Assembly: GCA_000989305.1 (NCBI GenBank)
Contig: LBTB01000004.1
Coordinates: 12,897-76,896, forward strand
DNA: 64,000 nt
From: Candidatus Shapirobacteria bacterium GW2011_GWF2_37_20
GTDB taxonomy: Bacteria; Patescibacteriota; Microgenomatia; UBA12405
Reading direction: 5' to 3'
Shown here: positions 1-10,104 of the stretch, piece after piece
Numbering within the stretch: position 1 is the first letter of the stretch
How the letters are laid out: each line of letters starts with the position of its first letter
Program-made: the position numbers and the translations under genes
Notes under the pieces: model-generated
Told to the model about the DNA's origin: nothing
The model's database searches: none
What the model saw: only the letters and a program-made list of their open reading frames with translations

Positions 1-2166
1 ATGTTTAAGGGGCAAATGAAGAGATTGGCATATTCGTTTGACTGGGAAAGAGAAGTCAATACAAGTGATCCAAATTATTATAAATGGACACAGTGGATTT
101 TTATTCAATTGTTTAAGAAAGGTTTGGCATACAAAAAAGAAATGCCGATAAATTGGTGTCCCAGTTGTAAAACGGGTCTGGCCAACGAGGAAGTTGTAAA
201 TGGAAAATGTGAGAGATGCGGGGCGGAGGTGGAAAGAAGAACCATATCACAATGGGTGGTAAAAATTACAGAATACGCAGATAAACTGATTGAGGGGTTG
301 GAAAAAACGGAATTTATTGATAAGGTAAAAAGGGCACAAATAAATTGGATTGGAAAAAGTGAGGGAGCAAAGATCAGATTTCAGATATCTGATTCCCAAT
401 TGAAAATAAAGGAGTTGGAGGTTTTCACTACCAGGCCGGACACTTTGTATGGGGCGACTTTTATGGTGATAGCACCGGAACATGAATTGGCCTTGGAATT
501 AAGCAAGAGAGACGAAAAAATAAAAAATTATCTAAATGAGAGCAGAAAAAAGAGTGAAATGGAGAGGGCGGAGTTAAACAAAGAAAAAAATGGGGTCTTT
601 TCAGGGCTATATGCGATAAACCCAATAAATAATAAAGAGATTCCAGTTTGGATTTCTGATTTTGTGTTATCAAGTTATGGGACTGGGGCAATTATGTCAG
701 TTCCGGCTCACGATGAAAGGGATCATGCTTTTGCCAAGAAATATAAGTTGAGTATCATACCGGTAATAAGTAAGGAGAACTGGAATTTTGAAGAAAAGGC
801 ATGTTCGGAAGCAAATAGTGGAGTAATGATTAATTCTCCAAAATGGGAGGGATTAAAGCCGGAGGAGGCTATTAAAAAAGCAATTGGGTGGTTAACAGAA
901 AATAAAATAGGGGAAAAGTCTAATTCATACCACTTAAGAGACTGGATATTTAGTCGCCAACATTATTGGGGTGAGCCAATCCCCATGATTTACTGTCAAA
1001 AAGACGGGTGGCAGGCAGTACCAGAAGAAGATTTACCGATACAGTTGCCAGAGATTGAAGTCTATGAGCCAACTGAGGACGGGAAAAGTCCTTTATCCAA
1101 AATAGAGAACTTTGTTAGGTGTAAATGTCCCATTTGTGAAGGTGAGGCTAGGAGAGAAACTGATACAATGCCAAATTGGGCCGGGTCGGATTGGTATTAT
1201 TTGGCGTACTGTTTTGCAAAAAAATTAAAAAATGGGGGACAGGATAATTTTAATAGTGATTTAGATTCAAACAGGGTATTTGTTGATATATTTAGTAATA
1301 GTTCTAAAGAACTTAAAAAATGGTGTCCAGTTGATGTTTATGTTGGTGGTGATGAGCATAATACTCTTCATTTACTGTATTCCCGATTTATTTATCAGTT
1401 TTTGAGTGAAATTGGAGTGCTTCCGAATGAATTACCAGAACCATATTATAAAAGGATTTCCCATGGAGTAATTTTAGGTCCAGATAATCAGAGGATGAGT
1501 AAGTCGAAGGGAAATGTGATTGTACCGGAGACGGTGATTGATATATACGGGGTCGATGTGTTGAGGATGTATTTAATGTTTATGGGACCATTTGAGGGTG
1601 TAATGGCCTGGAATGAAAAGACGCTGATGGGAGTAAAGAGATTTTTAGACAGATTTAGTCTATTGATTGATAATCAAATTAAATTAGGACTTGATAGCAG
1701 TGAGAAATCAAAAGTGTTAATTAATAAAACAATACAGGGGATAAGCCGGGACTATGAGAGTTTTGGATTTAATACGGCGGTGGCAAAACTAATGGAAGCG
1801 GTAAATCGCCTTGATTTAATGGGGAAAGAGGAGTTAAAGGTTATGGTTCAGTTGCTGTCTCCCATGGCTCCGCATACGGCAGAAGAGTTGTGGCAGAGAC
1901 TGGGAGGTAAAGGATCGGTTCACCAAAGTAGTTGGCCGATACATGATAAGAAATATTTGAATAAAGATAAGATAAGCCTGCCGATTGCAATAAACGGGAA
2001 AGTAAGAGAAGTAATTGAACTGGATACAGAGAGGGTTAATGATAAAGAATATTTAATGTCAGCAATTGAGTCCAGCGAGAAATTAATGAAATGGTTAGAA
2101 GGAAAAGAAATTGTGAAGGAGATATTAGTCCCCGGAAAGATGCTGAACCTAGTAATAAAAGGATAA
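1..2166 (+). CDS. leuS: Leucyl-tRNA synthetase (5'-truncated by window edge)
   Basis: FDWERE..WTQWIF, Zn knuckle, FTTRPDT editing domain, RDWIFSRQHYWG, RMSKSKGN (KMSKS); HIGH motif lies upstream of window. Confidence 0.97.
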   Translation: MFKGQMKRLAYSFDWEREVNTSDPNYYKWTQWIFIQLFKKGLAYKKEMPINWCPSCKTGLANEEVVNGKCERCGAEVERRTISQWVVKITEYADKLIEGLEKTEFIDKVKRAQINWIGKSEGAKIRFQISDSQLKIKELEVFTTRPDTLYGATFMVIAPEHELALELSKRDEKIKNYLNESRKKSEMERAELNKEKNGVFSGLYAINPINNKEIPVWISDFVLSSYGTGAIMSVPAHDERDHAFAKKYKLSIIPVISKENWNFEEKACSEANSGVMINSPKWEGLKPEEAIKKAIGWLTENKIGEKSNSYHLRDWIFSRQHYWGEPIPMIYCQKDGWQAVPEEDLPIQLPEIEVYEPTEDGKSPLSKIENFVRCKCPICEGEARRETDTMPNWAGSDWYYLAYCFAKKLKNGGQDNFNSDLDSNRVFVDIFSNSSKELKKWCPVDVYVGGDEHNTLHLLYSRFIYQFLSEIGVLPNELPEPYYKRISHGVILGPDNQRMSKSKGNVIVPETVIDIYGVDVLRMYLMFMGPFEGVMAWNEKTLMGVKRFLDRFSLLIDNQIKLGLDSSEKSKVLINKTIQGISRDYESFGFNTAVAKLMEAVNRLDLMGKEELKVMVQLLSPMAPHTAEELWQRLGGKGSVHQSSWPIHDKKYLNKDKISLPIAINGKVREVIELDTERVNDKEYLMSAIESSEKLMKWLEGKEIVKEILVPGKMLNLVIKG

Positions 2167-2634
2167 AAGAGCTTAATTAGCAGTGTTTTTACTTTAGTGC
2201 TATGGGTTTTAAAAACTATTTTTTAATGGCATTGTCGGACATCTTTTTAAGTGTAATAGTATTGATAGAATTGGTGTTTTAATCTGAAGAAAAATATAAT
2301 AATGGATGAAAAATGATTTTATTTGAGTTATTTAAATGGAGGATTTGACTAGAATTAATTATTCACTTAAGGAGGATTAAATAATTGTTATTTTTTAGTA
2401 AATATTTACTTAAATACATTACGTAATGCGGTAAATATGATATTGATAAGTGTTTAATGATATTAAAATATTATCGTTATGTTAACGATAAGTGCGGAGA
2501 TATATGTTTTGGTTAATTATACAAAACATACGGAGAAAAACGCGGAGAAAGGGAATTTTATGCGGATAATAATATATTTTTAGGATTATATGTTGCGGAG
2601 AAAGCTGAACTGGGTGTAATAATTGGACTGAATG

Positions 2635-2706
2635 TATCCCCAGGTGGAATCGAACCACCATTTCAGGTTTAGGAAACCCGCGTTCTATCCATTGAACTAT
2701 AGGGAC
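2635..2706 (-). tRNA. tRNA-Arg(CCT)
   Basis: Cloverleaf GTCCCTA...TGGGGAT-A, anticodon loop TT-CCT-AA, T-loop GTTCGATTC. Confidence 0.93.
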
Positions 2707-2714
2707 AGATAATG

Positions 2715-2791
2715 TGGTCGGGGATGGGAGATTCGAACTCCCAACCTCGCGCACCCGATGCGCGCGCGCTAGCCAATTGCGCCAATCCCCG
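2715..2791 (-). tRNA. tRNA-Pro(CGG), encoded CCA
   Basis: CGGGGAT...ATCCCCG-A-CCA, anticodon loop AT-CGG-GT, T-loop GTTCGAATC. Confidence 0.95.
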
Positions 2792-2978
2792 ATTTTGTTC
2801 AGTTAAAGTCTAGTTATTTTAACACGCGAAGCTGGTGTTATATTTAGTTACCTTTTTTATGCTTTAGTAATACTTGTAAAGGATTTTAGTGGTCAGAAAT
2901 AGCAGTGAGAAGTTGTTGTTGCCAGCTAGTAGGGCGGGCATTAAAGGGTTGTGAGTATGGGGTTTATTTGATATATGA

Positions 2979-3007
2979 TTGACAAAATTCTCCAATATAT
3001 TTAGACT
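2979..3007 (+). promoter_or_regulatory. sigma70 promoter for leaderless gene at 3015
   Basis: TTGACA-17 nt-TAGACT, 7 nt before ATG. Confidence 0.65.
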
Positions 3008-3014
3008 GATTGAA

Positions 3015-3362
3015 ATGACAAATTTTGATAGAAACACTAGGACTTTGATTGTAAGTTTTTTGGTAGCAATTTTTGCATTAATCCCTTTACGCTTCATTGA
3101 GGCGGGAGAACAAAGAAGTTTTATTGGAGACGCTCAGGTTTTAGGAGAAAGTAGCAGTGTGCAGGTTTATGAAGACAACGGTAAGGCCGAAATTAAGTTT
3201 GAGGCTCCGTATGACAAATTGGAAACATGTGCTAGCAGGGAAAAAGTGACTGCAATGGAAAATGAAATTGTTGAAAAGCTGAATAATTCAGAGTTGAGTG
3301 AAGATCAAATAGATTTAATATTAGATGAGTTGAGAAAAGTAGAAACTAGTGTCTGCCAGTAG
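3015..3362 (+). CDS. Hypothetical protein with N-terminal membrane anchor
   Basis: Hydrophobic LIVSFLVAIFALIPL followed by QVLG motif; start refined to the ATG after the promoter. Confidence 0.75.
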   Translation: MTNFDRNTRTLIVSFLVAIFALIPLRFIEAGEQRSFIGDAQVLGESSSVQVYEDNGKAEIKFEAPYDKLETCASREKVTAMENEIVEKLNNSELSEDQIDLILDELRKVETSVCQ

Positions 3363-4574
3363 TTAACGGTCTTTTATGGTGACTGAAAAAAGGTTTTCTG
3401 GATTGTTCTTGGAAGTAGAGATGGAGATGATAAGACGATAACCATCCGGAGTGGGAAGAAGAATTTTTGGGGGAAGGTATTCAGTTGAGTAAACACTTTG
3501 GTAATTGGTGTGGTCGTATTCAACAACACCAATACTTTTGTCCTGAATGAAAACCAAATTATTAGAGTAGGGAATCCAGGATATTTGACTTATGGCGGTG
3601 TTACCAATAAGAAAGTTGGTATCATCTTTGAAATCATAAATGTAGTAGGAGTCTTTTTGAAGAGTGCGTTGTTGAGCTTGAGTGCTTTGGGTGGGAGGAG
3701 GAGTGATAAAGCGCTCAGAAAGCGTGGCACTTTCAGAGGCCTGGTACAAGATTTTGTCTTCGGAAGTGTTAAAAGCTAATACTGTTGAGTCAGTGGCAAT
3801 AACTGATTTAAGTTCGAGGGGGAGTTTTTCTAATTTGTTTTGAATAGTCTGTGATTGAATGTTTTGCCAATCTTTTTTTATTTGGGGTAGACGGGAGGAA
3901 ATATCAAACAGATTTTTTGAATCAAGAGTCTGGTCAAGAGAAATAAGATAGACATTGGGGTTGGTTTTCGAGGTGGCGAGAATTTGTTTGGAGTTGGGAG
4001 AGAATTCAAAGGAATATTTTGACCAATCAAGATAGGGGAGGTTGGGAGATAAAAATCTTTGAGTATTTTTACTCATAAGTAGAGGCAATTCAGTCAGTTC
4101 TAACAAATATAGCCCGTTTTCTTTGCTGGTGGCTGAAGTAGAAGCAACGGCATATATAATTTTTGTGGAATCAGGACTAACAACTGGATTGATAATTTTG
4201 CCTTGAGTAATTGGTTTTAAATCAAATGAGGAGCGAAATAGTTGAGCATCGGCCTGATAAACGAGTTCTGGCTTTATTTCGATATTTTTTTTCCAAGCAT
4301 AATAGCCATCTTTACTGATTTTTATTTGATAATTTCCAGGATTGAGGTTGAGGGTGTCGTCGGTGGCGGTGACTAATAGGTCGTCGACATATACACTGGC
4401 AGATTTTGGTTTAGAGGTAGCCGAGAGTAGGCCGGTAACCTTGAGCTTGAAACCATTGTTTGGGTCCAGGCGGTAACCTCTGGCAAAAATTGAAATAAAG
4501 AGGGTGGCACTGATGACAATGGAGGCCACCGAAAGAATTATTAGGAGACTTTTTCGGTTAGAATTTGAATGCAT
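3363..4574 (-). CDS. PEGA-domain, beta-propeller-like exported protein
   Basis: Signal anchor, ARGYR, PEGA-like ATSKPKSASVYVD..LNPGNYQIKISKDGYYAW, SPDS/SPNS TolB-like repeats. Confidence 0.8.
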   Translation of the reverse strand: MHSNSNRKSLLIILSVASIVISATLFISIFARGYRLDPNNGFKLKVTGLLSATSKPKSASVYVDDLLVTATDDTLNLNPGNYQIKISKDGYYAWKKNIEIKPELVYQADAQLFRSSFDLKPITQGKIINPVVSPDSTKIIYAVASTSATSKENGLYLLELTELPLLMSKNTQRFLSPNLPYLDWSKYSFEFSPNSKQILATSKTNPNVYLISLDQTLDSKNLFDISSRLPQIKKDWQNIQSQTIQNKLEKLPLELKSVIATDSTVLAFNTSEDKILYQASESATLSERFITPPPTQSTQAQQRTLQKDSYYIYDFKDDTNFLIGNTAISQISWIPYSNNLVFIQDKSIGVVEYDHTNYQSVYSTEYLPPKILLPTPDGYRLIISISTSKNNPENLFSVTIKDR

Positions 4575-4593
4575 TAGTGTATTATATAGAATT

Positions 4594-5595
4594 ATGAGCT
4601 GGATAAGAAAGTTGGCAATAGATTTGGGGACTTCAAATTGTACTATTTGGGGCGAAAATGAAGGAATATTGTTAACTGAACCATCGGTAGTGGCAATTGA
4701 GGCTGAGGGTGGAAAGGTGCTGGCGGCCGGGAGTGAGGCGAAAAAAATGGAAGGAAAAACACCTGATTATATTGAGATTATTAAACCGATAGAATTTGGA
4801 GCGGTAGTGAACTATGAAGCGGCGGTGGGGATGCTAAGGTGGTTTTTAAGAGAAGTGATGGGTTCGGCGTGGTTGTTGGGGCCGGAAGTAATGGTGACGG
4901 TGGCGTCGGGATTGACCCAAGTTGAACAAAGAGCGGTGTTAGATGCGGTGTTGGAGGCTGGCGCAAGAAAAGTCTATTTAATTGATAGTCCGTTGGCGGC
5001 GGCAATTGGGGCAAAAATACCGATTTCAGAGCCATTTGGAAATATGGTGGTGAATATGGGGGGGGGAATAATTGAGGCGGCCGTGGTGGCTTCAGGAGGG
5101 GTGGTGGCTAGTAAATGTTTTCGTAGTGGAGGAAGTAGGTTAGATGAGTCACTTGAGGAATATTTAAAAAGAAAATATAGTTTAGCGGTGGGTGATCAGA
5201 CTGTAGAGCTGGTTAAGATTAAGCTGGGAACCGCAGTAAAGTTAAAAAAAACAGAAACGCTATCTATTAGTGGTCGGGATCTGGTTTATGGTTTACCAAA
5301 GAGCCTAGAATTAAACTCTGATGAAATATTTGAGGTAATCAGACCAATGCTTGACGAGGTGATACTGGTGGTGAGAGAGACACTGCAAGTGACACCTCCT
5401 GAATTAGTGGCGGATATTGCCGACAGGGGGATTGTATTAGTGGGGGCTGCATCAAAATTAAGAAACCTAGCATTGTTGTTAACGAGGGAAATTGGTGTAT
5501 CAGTACATCTGTCAATTGACTCGGAAACTTGTGTTATTAAGGGAGCAGGAATGGCAATGGAGAATTTGGAAACGTATCGTAAATCGGTAAGGTGA
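4594..5595 (+). CDS. mreB: Rod shape-determining protein MreB/Mbl family
   Basis: AIDLGTSN, EPSVVAI, PLAAAIGA, GRDLVYGLPK, TPPELVADIADRGIVL. Confidence 0.9.
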   Translation: MSWIRKLAIDLGTSNCTIWGENEGILLTEPSVVAIEAEGGKVLAAGSEAKKMEGKTPDYIEIIKPIEFGAVVNYEAAVGMLRWFLREVMGSAWLLGPEVMVTVASGLTQVEQRAVLDAVLEAGARKVYLIDSPLAAAIGAKIPISEPFGNMVVNMGGGIIEAAVVASGGVVASKCFRSGGSRLDESLEEYLKRKYSLAVGDQTVELVKIKLGTAVKLKKTETLSISGRDLVYGLPKSLELNSDEIFEVIRPMLDEVILVVRETLQVTPPELVADIADRGIVLVGAASKLRNLALLLTREIGVSVHLSIDSETCVIKGAGMAMENLETYRKSVR

Positions 5596-5959
5596 TATAG
5601 ATAATATTTACATCTTATATAAATATTATTGATATGATAAGGACGATTGATATAGTTAGAAATTAATTCCTATAATATATATAATCGAAAAAAATATATA
5701 TTTTTTAATAAAATTTAAGTTAAAGACTAAAGATGGGGAATATTGATGAGTAATAAATTTGTTCGATATGGCAAAAAATACCAGTTTGTATTTATTAAAA
5801 AAAAGTTCTTATAGTATATATAGTAGGAAAGAGTGATATAGTTAAGACCATCCTAAATATGTTATCTTTTATAGGATACGTAATGTAAGTATTTAATGTG
5901 TAAAAGACGAGAGAGGCCTAGTTTTTTAGACGAAAGTCATTTATTATAAGTTAAGAATA

Positions 5960-6799
5960 ATGAAAAAAATGCAATCTGGAGATCAAAAAAAAGACCCGAA
6001 AAGTGGTAGAAATGCCATAAAGTACTGGAAAATGTTTGATATACGCTTTTTTGGCAGTAGTACTGATAAACTGCTAAGGATGTTGTTGGGAAGAATTGAG
6101 GCTGGTAAAGGTAAAATATGGCTAACCACGGTTAATACGGAGTTTGTGATGGCCGCAAGAAGAGACAAGTATTTTGCGGATATTATCAATAAAAGTGATG
6201 TAAAGGTGGTTGACGGAATTGGTTTACTTTGGGCAAAAGAGGTATTAAAAAGCCCGAAAGGAATAAGGAGATGGGTAAAAGGACTTGGAGTAGGAATAGA
6301 AATTCTTCAAGGGAAGAGACGTGAATGCTTGATATCCGGGTCGGATTTAATTTTAAATTTAAGTGAAATGGCAACAAAAGAAAAACAAAAAATTTTTCTA
6401 TTAGGTGGTTGGGAAAATAGGGCAGAGAGGAGTGGTAAATTTTTGGCAAAAAAATTTCCGGGTCTAAATTATAGTTTTTGCCAGGGAGAGCCGGAGCAAA
6501 AAAATGACGAAGTAATAAGTCGAATAAACAAATTTGAGCCAGACTATTTACTGGTGGCTTACGGTATGAAAAGACAAGAAGAATGGATTAAAAATAATTT
6601 GGCTAAGCTAAAGGTCAGGGTGGCGGTGGGGGTGGGGAGAAGCTTTGATTATTACAGTGGAGCTTTAAAGAGGGCTCCACCATGGATGAGAAAGATGGGC
6701 TTGGAGTGGTTATATAGCCTGATTAAAGAACCAAAGAGGTGGAAAAGACAATTGGTGTTGCCAAGGTTTATTTGGATGGTGTTAACTGAAATTACCTAA
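5960..6799 (+). CDS. WecB/TagA/CpsF family glycosyltransferase
   Basis: TVNTEF, VDGIGLLWA, GMKRQEEWI, GVGRSFDYYSG..KRAP..GLEWLY..EPKRWKR. Confidence 0.9.
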   Translation: MKKMQSGDQKKDPKSGRNAIKYWKMFDIRFFGSSTDKLLRMLLGRIEAGKGKIWLTTVNTEFVMAARRDKYFADIINKSDVKVVDGIGLLWAKEVLKSPKGIRRWVKGLGVGIEILQGKRRECLISGSDLILNLSEMATKEKQKIFLLGGWENRAERSGKFLAKKFPGLNYSFCQGEPEQKNDEVISRINKFEPDYLLVAYGMKRQEEWIKNNLAKLKVRVAVGVGRSFDYYSGALKRAPPWMRKMGLEWLYSLIKEPKRWKRQLVLPRFIWMVLTEIT

Positions 6800-7660
6800 G
6801 AATTTAATTTCTGGTTCTAAGGTGATATTTAGTTTAGATTTGGCTTCGGATTGAATTTTTTTAACGACTGCGTAATAATCAGCGGCAGTAGCATGGCCGA
6901 GGTTGAGAATAAAGTTGCCGTGAAGAGGGCTAATTTGAGCATCTCCTATTTGGAATCCTTTTAAATTAAGCTCTTGATCGATGATGCGGCCAGCAAAGTC
7001 GGCTGGATGCCCAGTTCTGGCTGGTAAATTTTTAAAGACAGAACCGAGAGAATTCATAGACTGAGTTTGGAGTTTTTTGGTGATAATATCAATTACCTTT
7101 TGTCTTGAGGTGTCAGCATCGCCCGGAGTTAGTTGAAAGATGGCGGAGAGGATGATTAGGTTTGGTTTGGTAGCAAATTCTGAGGTGTCGTAAGACCATT
7201 TCAAGATGTTGGATTTTAGGGAATAGGTTTTAGATTGTTCTAAATCGAAGACTTGAATTTCTGTAAGAAATCTATCAAAGTTGTTCTTGTTGATTCCGTG
7301 AATATTGCCAAAAATGGCACCACCGATAGATGAGGGAATATAGGCAAACTCTTCAAGGCCGGAGAGGGAATGATTGATAGTGTCGGTAATTAATAAGGGG
7401 AGATTGACACCTGAATCAACCTTAACCTGGTTGTTGGGTAAATATTCAATAGAATTTGACATGTTTTTAATGACTGTCCCACGGATACCGGAATCGGAGA
7501 TTAAAACATTAGAGCCGTTGCCGAGGATGGTAACATTTTGATATTTTTTTAAAGCCTCAATAAATTCGGCTGTAGTGTTGGTAATAATGAAAGTGTCAGC
7601 GGGACCGCCTATTTTGACGGTAGTATAAGGGGCTAGGGGATGATTTAGGTAAGTTTCCAT
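6782..7660 (-). CDS. murB: UDP-N-acetylenolpyruvoylglucosamine reductase
   Basis: YTTVKIGGPAD, LGNGSNVLISDSG, GSVFKN, HGNFILN, LEPEI. Confidence 0.93.
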   Translation of the reverse strand: METYLNHPLAPYTTVKIGGPADTFIITNTTAEFIEALKKYQNVTILGNGSNVLISDSGIRGTVIKNMSNSIEYLPNNQVKVDSGVNLPLLITDTINHSLSGLEEFAYIPSSIGGAIFGNIHGINKNNFDRFLTEIQVFDLEQSKTYSLKSNILKWSYDTSEFATKPNLIILSAIFQLTPGDADTSRQKVIDIITKKLQTQSMNSLGSVFKNLPARTGHPADFAGRIIDQELNLKGFQIGDAQISPLHGNFILNLGHATAADYYAVVKKIQSEAKSKLNITLEPEIKFLGNFS

Positions 7661-7788
7661 GCCTAATTATATATTAAATATATTATTTATAATAAAAAGG
7701 CTTATATATATAATATATATTGTTATTTTGTGGATAAGTGGGTAAATTGTTTTGTGGCTTATAATATTTAATAGGGTAAAATGAACTA

Positions 7789-8604
7789 ATGAGGAATTGG
7801 AAAAGAGCTTGGCTAGTAACAACGCTAATTGTTTTTAGTGCTGGAATTGCTTGGATGTTTGAGGGAAATCAAAAACAAGTTAATATTGGTGGTGTTGTGT
7901 TACCAAAGCCAACTATTATTGAAAATAAATTAAAAATTGCAGTGATGGCGGATATTCACAACGACGAAGAGGAATTAAGAATAATGCTGAAGAAAGCCAA
8001 GGGCAACGGAGTTGAAATGGTGGTGCTGGCTGGTGATTTAACTAATAATGGGAAAACAAGTGAGCTGATTAAGATAAAGGAGGTTTTGGATGAATCAGGG
8101 GTGAAATATGCGGCTGTGCCTGGAAATCATGAGTATTATATTGACGAATTTGTAAAAATATTTGGAAAAAATTACCAGAGTATAAGATTGGGAGAAGTGA
8201 AGTTAATTTTGGTGGATAATAGCTACTGGAAAGGCTTGGATGAGGTGCATAAAAAATGGTTAGAGGGTGAGGTGGGTGAGTGTAGGGTGCTGATTTGTGT
8301 CGCAGTGATGCATAAGCCCTTAAATAATTTGTTTTCGAGCCATGTAATGGGTGAGAATAATGATAAGGCAACGGCAGAAGCATTATGGATGAGAGAATTA
8401 TTAATAACTTTCGGAGTCAGGCAAATTGAAGCGGGACATTTACATTATGCGAGCTCGTATGAGCTCGAAGGAATAAGAACGGATATAGTGGGGGCGGTTT
8501 CCAGGGAGAGAAATAATCAAAGTCCCAGGTATACTGAATTAATGATCGGTAGAGATTTAATAGAGAGAGTTGTGGTGGAGGAAACAGATGGTATTGGGAA
8601 TTGA
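7789..8604 (+). CDS. Exported calcineurin-like metallophosphoesterase
   Basis: DIH, GDL, PGNHE, H, GHLH motifs; N-terminal TM. Confidence 0.85.
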   Translation: MRNWKRAWLVTTLIVFSAGIAWMFEGNQKQVNIGGVVLPKPTIIENKLKIAVMADIHNDEEELRIMLKKAKGNGVEMVVLAGDLTNNGKTSELIKIKEVLDESGVKYAAVPGNHEYYIDEFVKIFGKNYQSIRLGEVKLILVDNSYWKGLDEVHKKWLEGEVGECRVLICVAVMHKPLNNLFSSHVMGENNDKATAEALWMRELLITFGVRQIEAGHLHYASSYELEGIRTDIVGAVSRERNNQSPRYTELMIGRDLIERVVVEETDGIGN

Positions 8605-9021
8605 TCCAGGGTTGGAAAATACAGGGTGGGGGGTAGTGGAGAATAATAAGTTGGTGGAATGTGGAGTAATTTTAACTACTAATAAGGATAAAAGTGAAGA
8701 TAGGTTGGAAAAAATTTTTGAAGAAATACAGAAAATTATTAAAAAATATAAAGTGGATGAGGTGGCAATGGAAAGTTTATTTTTTGCCAAAAATGTCAGA
8801 AGTGCGATGACGGTGGCGGAGGCGATAGGGGTGATAAACCAATTTTTGAATACACACCGCTACAGATAAAAATGGCTTTGGTTGGGTATGGGCGGGCGGA
8901 GAAAGAACAGGTGGAGTTGATGGTGAGGGATTGTTTGGGTCTTGAAGAACCAATAACACCCGGCCACGCCTCGGATGCGGTGGCAGCAGCTTTGACGCAT
9001 GAGTTTACAATGAGGCTATAA
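8588..9021 (+). pseudogene. ruvC: Holliday junction resolvase RuvC, frameshifted at ~8835 (probable assembly deletion)
   Basis: [15 protein letters not shown] in one frame; [36 protein letters not shown] in another; about 9 residues missing at the junction. Confidence 0.88.
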
Positions 9022-9065
9022 CCAGTTGATTTGTAATATATATTATGGGTGAGATATAATTTGTT

Positions 9066-10061
9066 ATGGCAGCCTATGAAAAGGAAAAATTGTATAAGGA
9101 ATATCAGAAAAGAAAGGAATCACTTGAAAAATTAAAGGAATCGGTGGTTACCGATATCAGTAGTCTATTAAAGAGTAGGGGTATTGTGGTGAATACCGTG
9201 AAAGGAAGGGTTAAGGATTTTGAAAGTTTTTATCAGAAGATCGAGAGATTAGCGGAATCTGGAGCCTTGTTCGATTCTCCTTGTGATGAAATTCAGGACC
9301 TCGTTGGAGTTCGAATTGTATTATTGTTTGTTAGTGATTTGGATAAGGTTGAATCAATGTTGGGGTCTGTTTTTAAGGTAAAATCAAAAAAAAGATTTAG
9401 TGAAAATATGCCAGATAATCAGTTTGGATATCAGTCGGATCACTATGTTTTAATGTATGGAAACAAGGTAAGGGGGCCTCAATATGGTGAGGTAAAAGAT
9501 ATTAATTTTGAATTACAGGTTCGAACTGTATTGATGGATGCTTGGGACTCTGTTTCTCATGAATTAGACTATAAGAACGATATTCCGATACCATCAAACA
9601 TGAGAAGGGTTTTTTATGGATTAAGTGGTCTTTTTGTGGTTGCTGATCAACAATTTCAACAAATGAACGAATTAATAATAAAGAATAGAAAAGGTAAAAA
9701 GGTGATTGGAAGACCGATTGATTTATTGGAAAGAGAGATTAATTTAGATACTTTAATGGCATATGGTGAATATAAGTTTCAAGATCGGTTTGTAAAGAAG
9801 GATAAAATAAAAAGTGGAGTTGATAAATACTATTTTGAGTTAGCGAAAGAAATTGAACAGCTAAGAAAATACAATTCGATAGCTGATATTGATGAAATTG
9901 TTGATAAGCGTATCTCCGAGGTTTATGCAAAAGAAAAAAAAGAACATGGAGGGGGAACGGTCTTTTTTACGGTAATAGGATTGATTAGGGTGGCTTTGAC
10001 CATGGAGGATCCTGATTATGCATTACTTTTGAAAAATAAGGCTGTGCACACTAAAGAATAG
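9066..10061 (+). CDS. RelA/SpoT-domain protein (small alarmone synthetase-like) with C-terminal extension
   Basis: GRVKDFESF, QDLVGVRIV, FGYQSDHY, ELQVRTVLMDAWDSVSHELDYK. Confidence 0.85.
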   Translation: MAAYEKEKLYKEYQKRKESLEKLKESVVTDISSLLKSRGIVVNTVKGRVKDFESFYQKIERLAESGALFDSPCDEIQDLVGVRIVLLFVSDLDKVESMLGSVFKVKSKKRFSENMPDNQFGYQSDHYVLMYGNKVRGPQYGEVKDINFELQVRTVLMDAWDSVSHELDYKNDIPIPSNMRRVFYGLSGLFVVADQQFQQMNELIIKNRKGKKVIGRPIDLLEREINLDTLMAYGEYKFQDRFVKKDKIKSGVDKYYFELAKEIEQLRKYNSIADIDEIVDKRISEVYAKEKKEHGGGTVFFTVIGLIRVALTMEDPDYALLLKNKAVHTKE

Positions 10062-10104
10062 TGTTCGGCTTTTGTTCGGTCGGGGAAAATGTTATGATGA
10101 GTTT

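Noticed and set aside
2482-2754. 90-aa ORF
   Set aside because: Shadow reading through two tRNA genes
5596-5959. Long AT-rich intergenic region with scattered AAGAC words as repeat array or ncRNA
   Set aside because: No regular period, long repeat or stable structure seen
7661-7788. AT-rich tract plus DnaA box TGTGGATAA (7729-7737) as oriC
   Set aside because: Only one perfect box, no dnaA/dnaN nearby and no change in GC skew; at most a regulatory site
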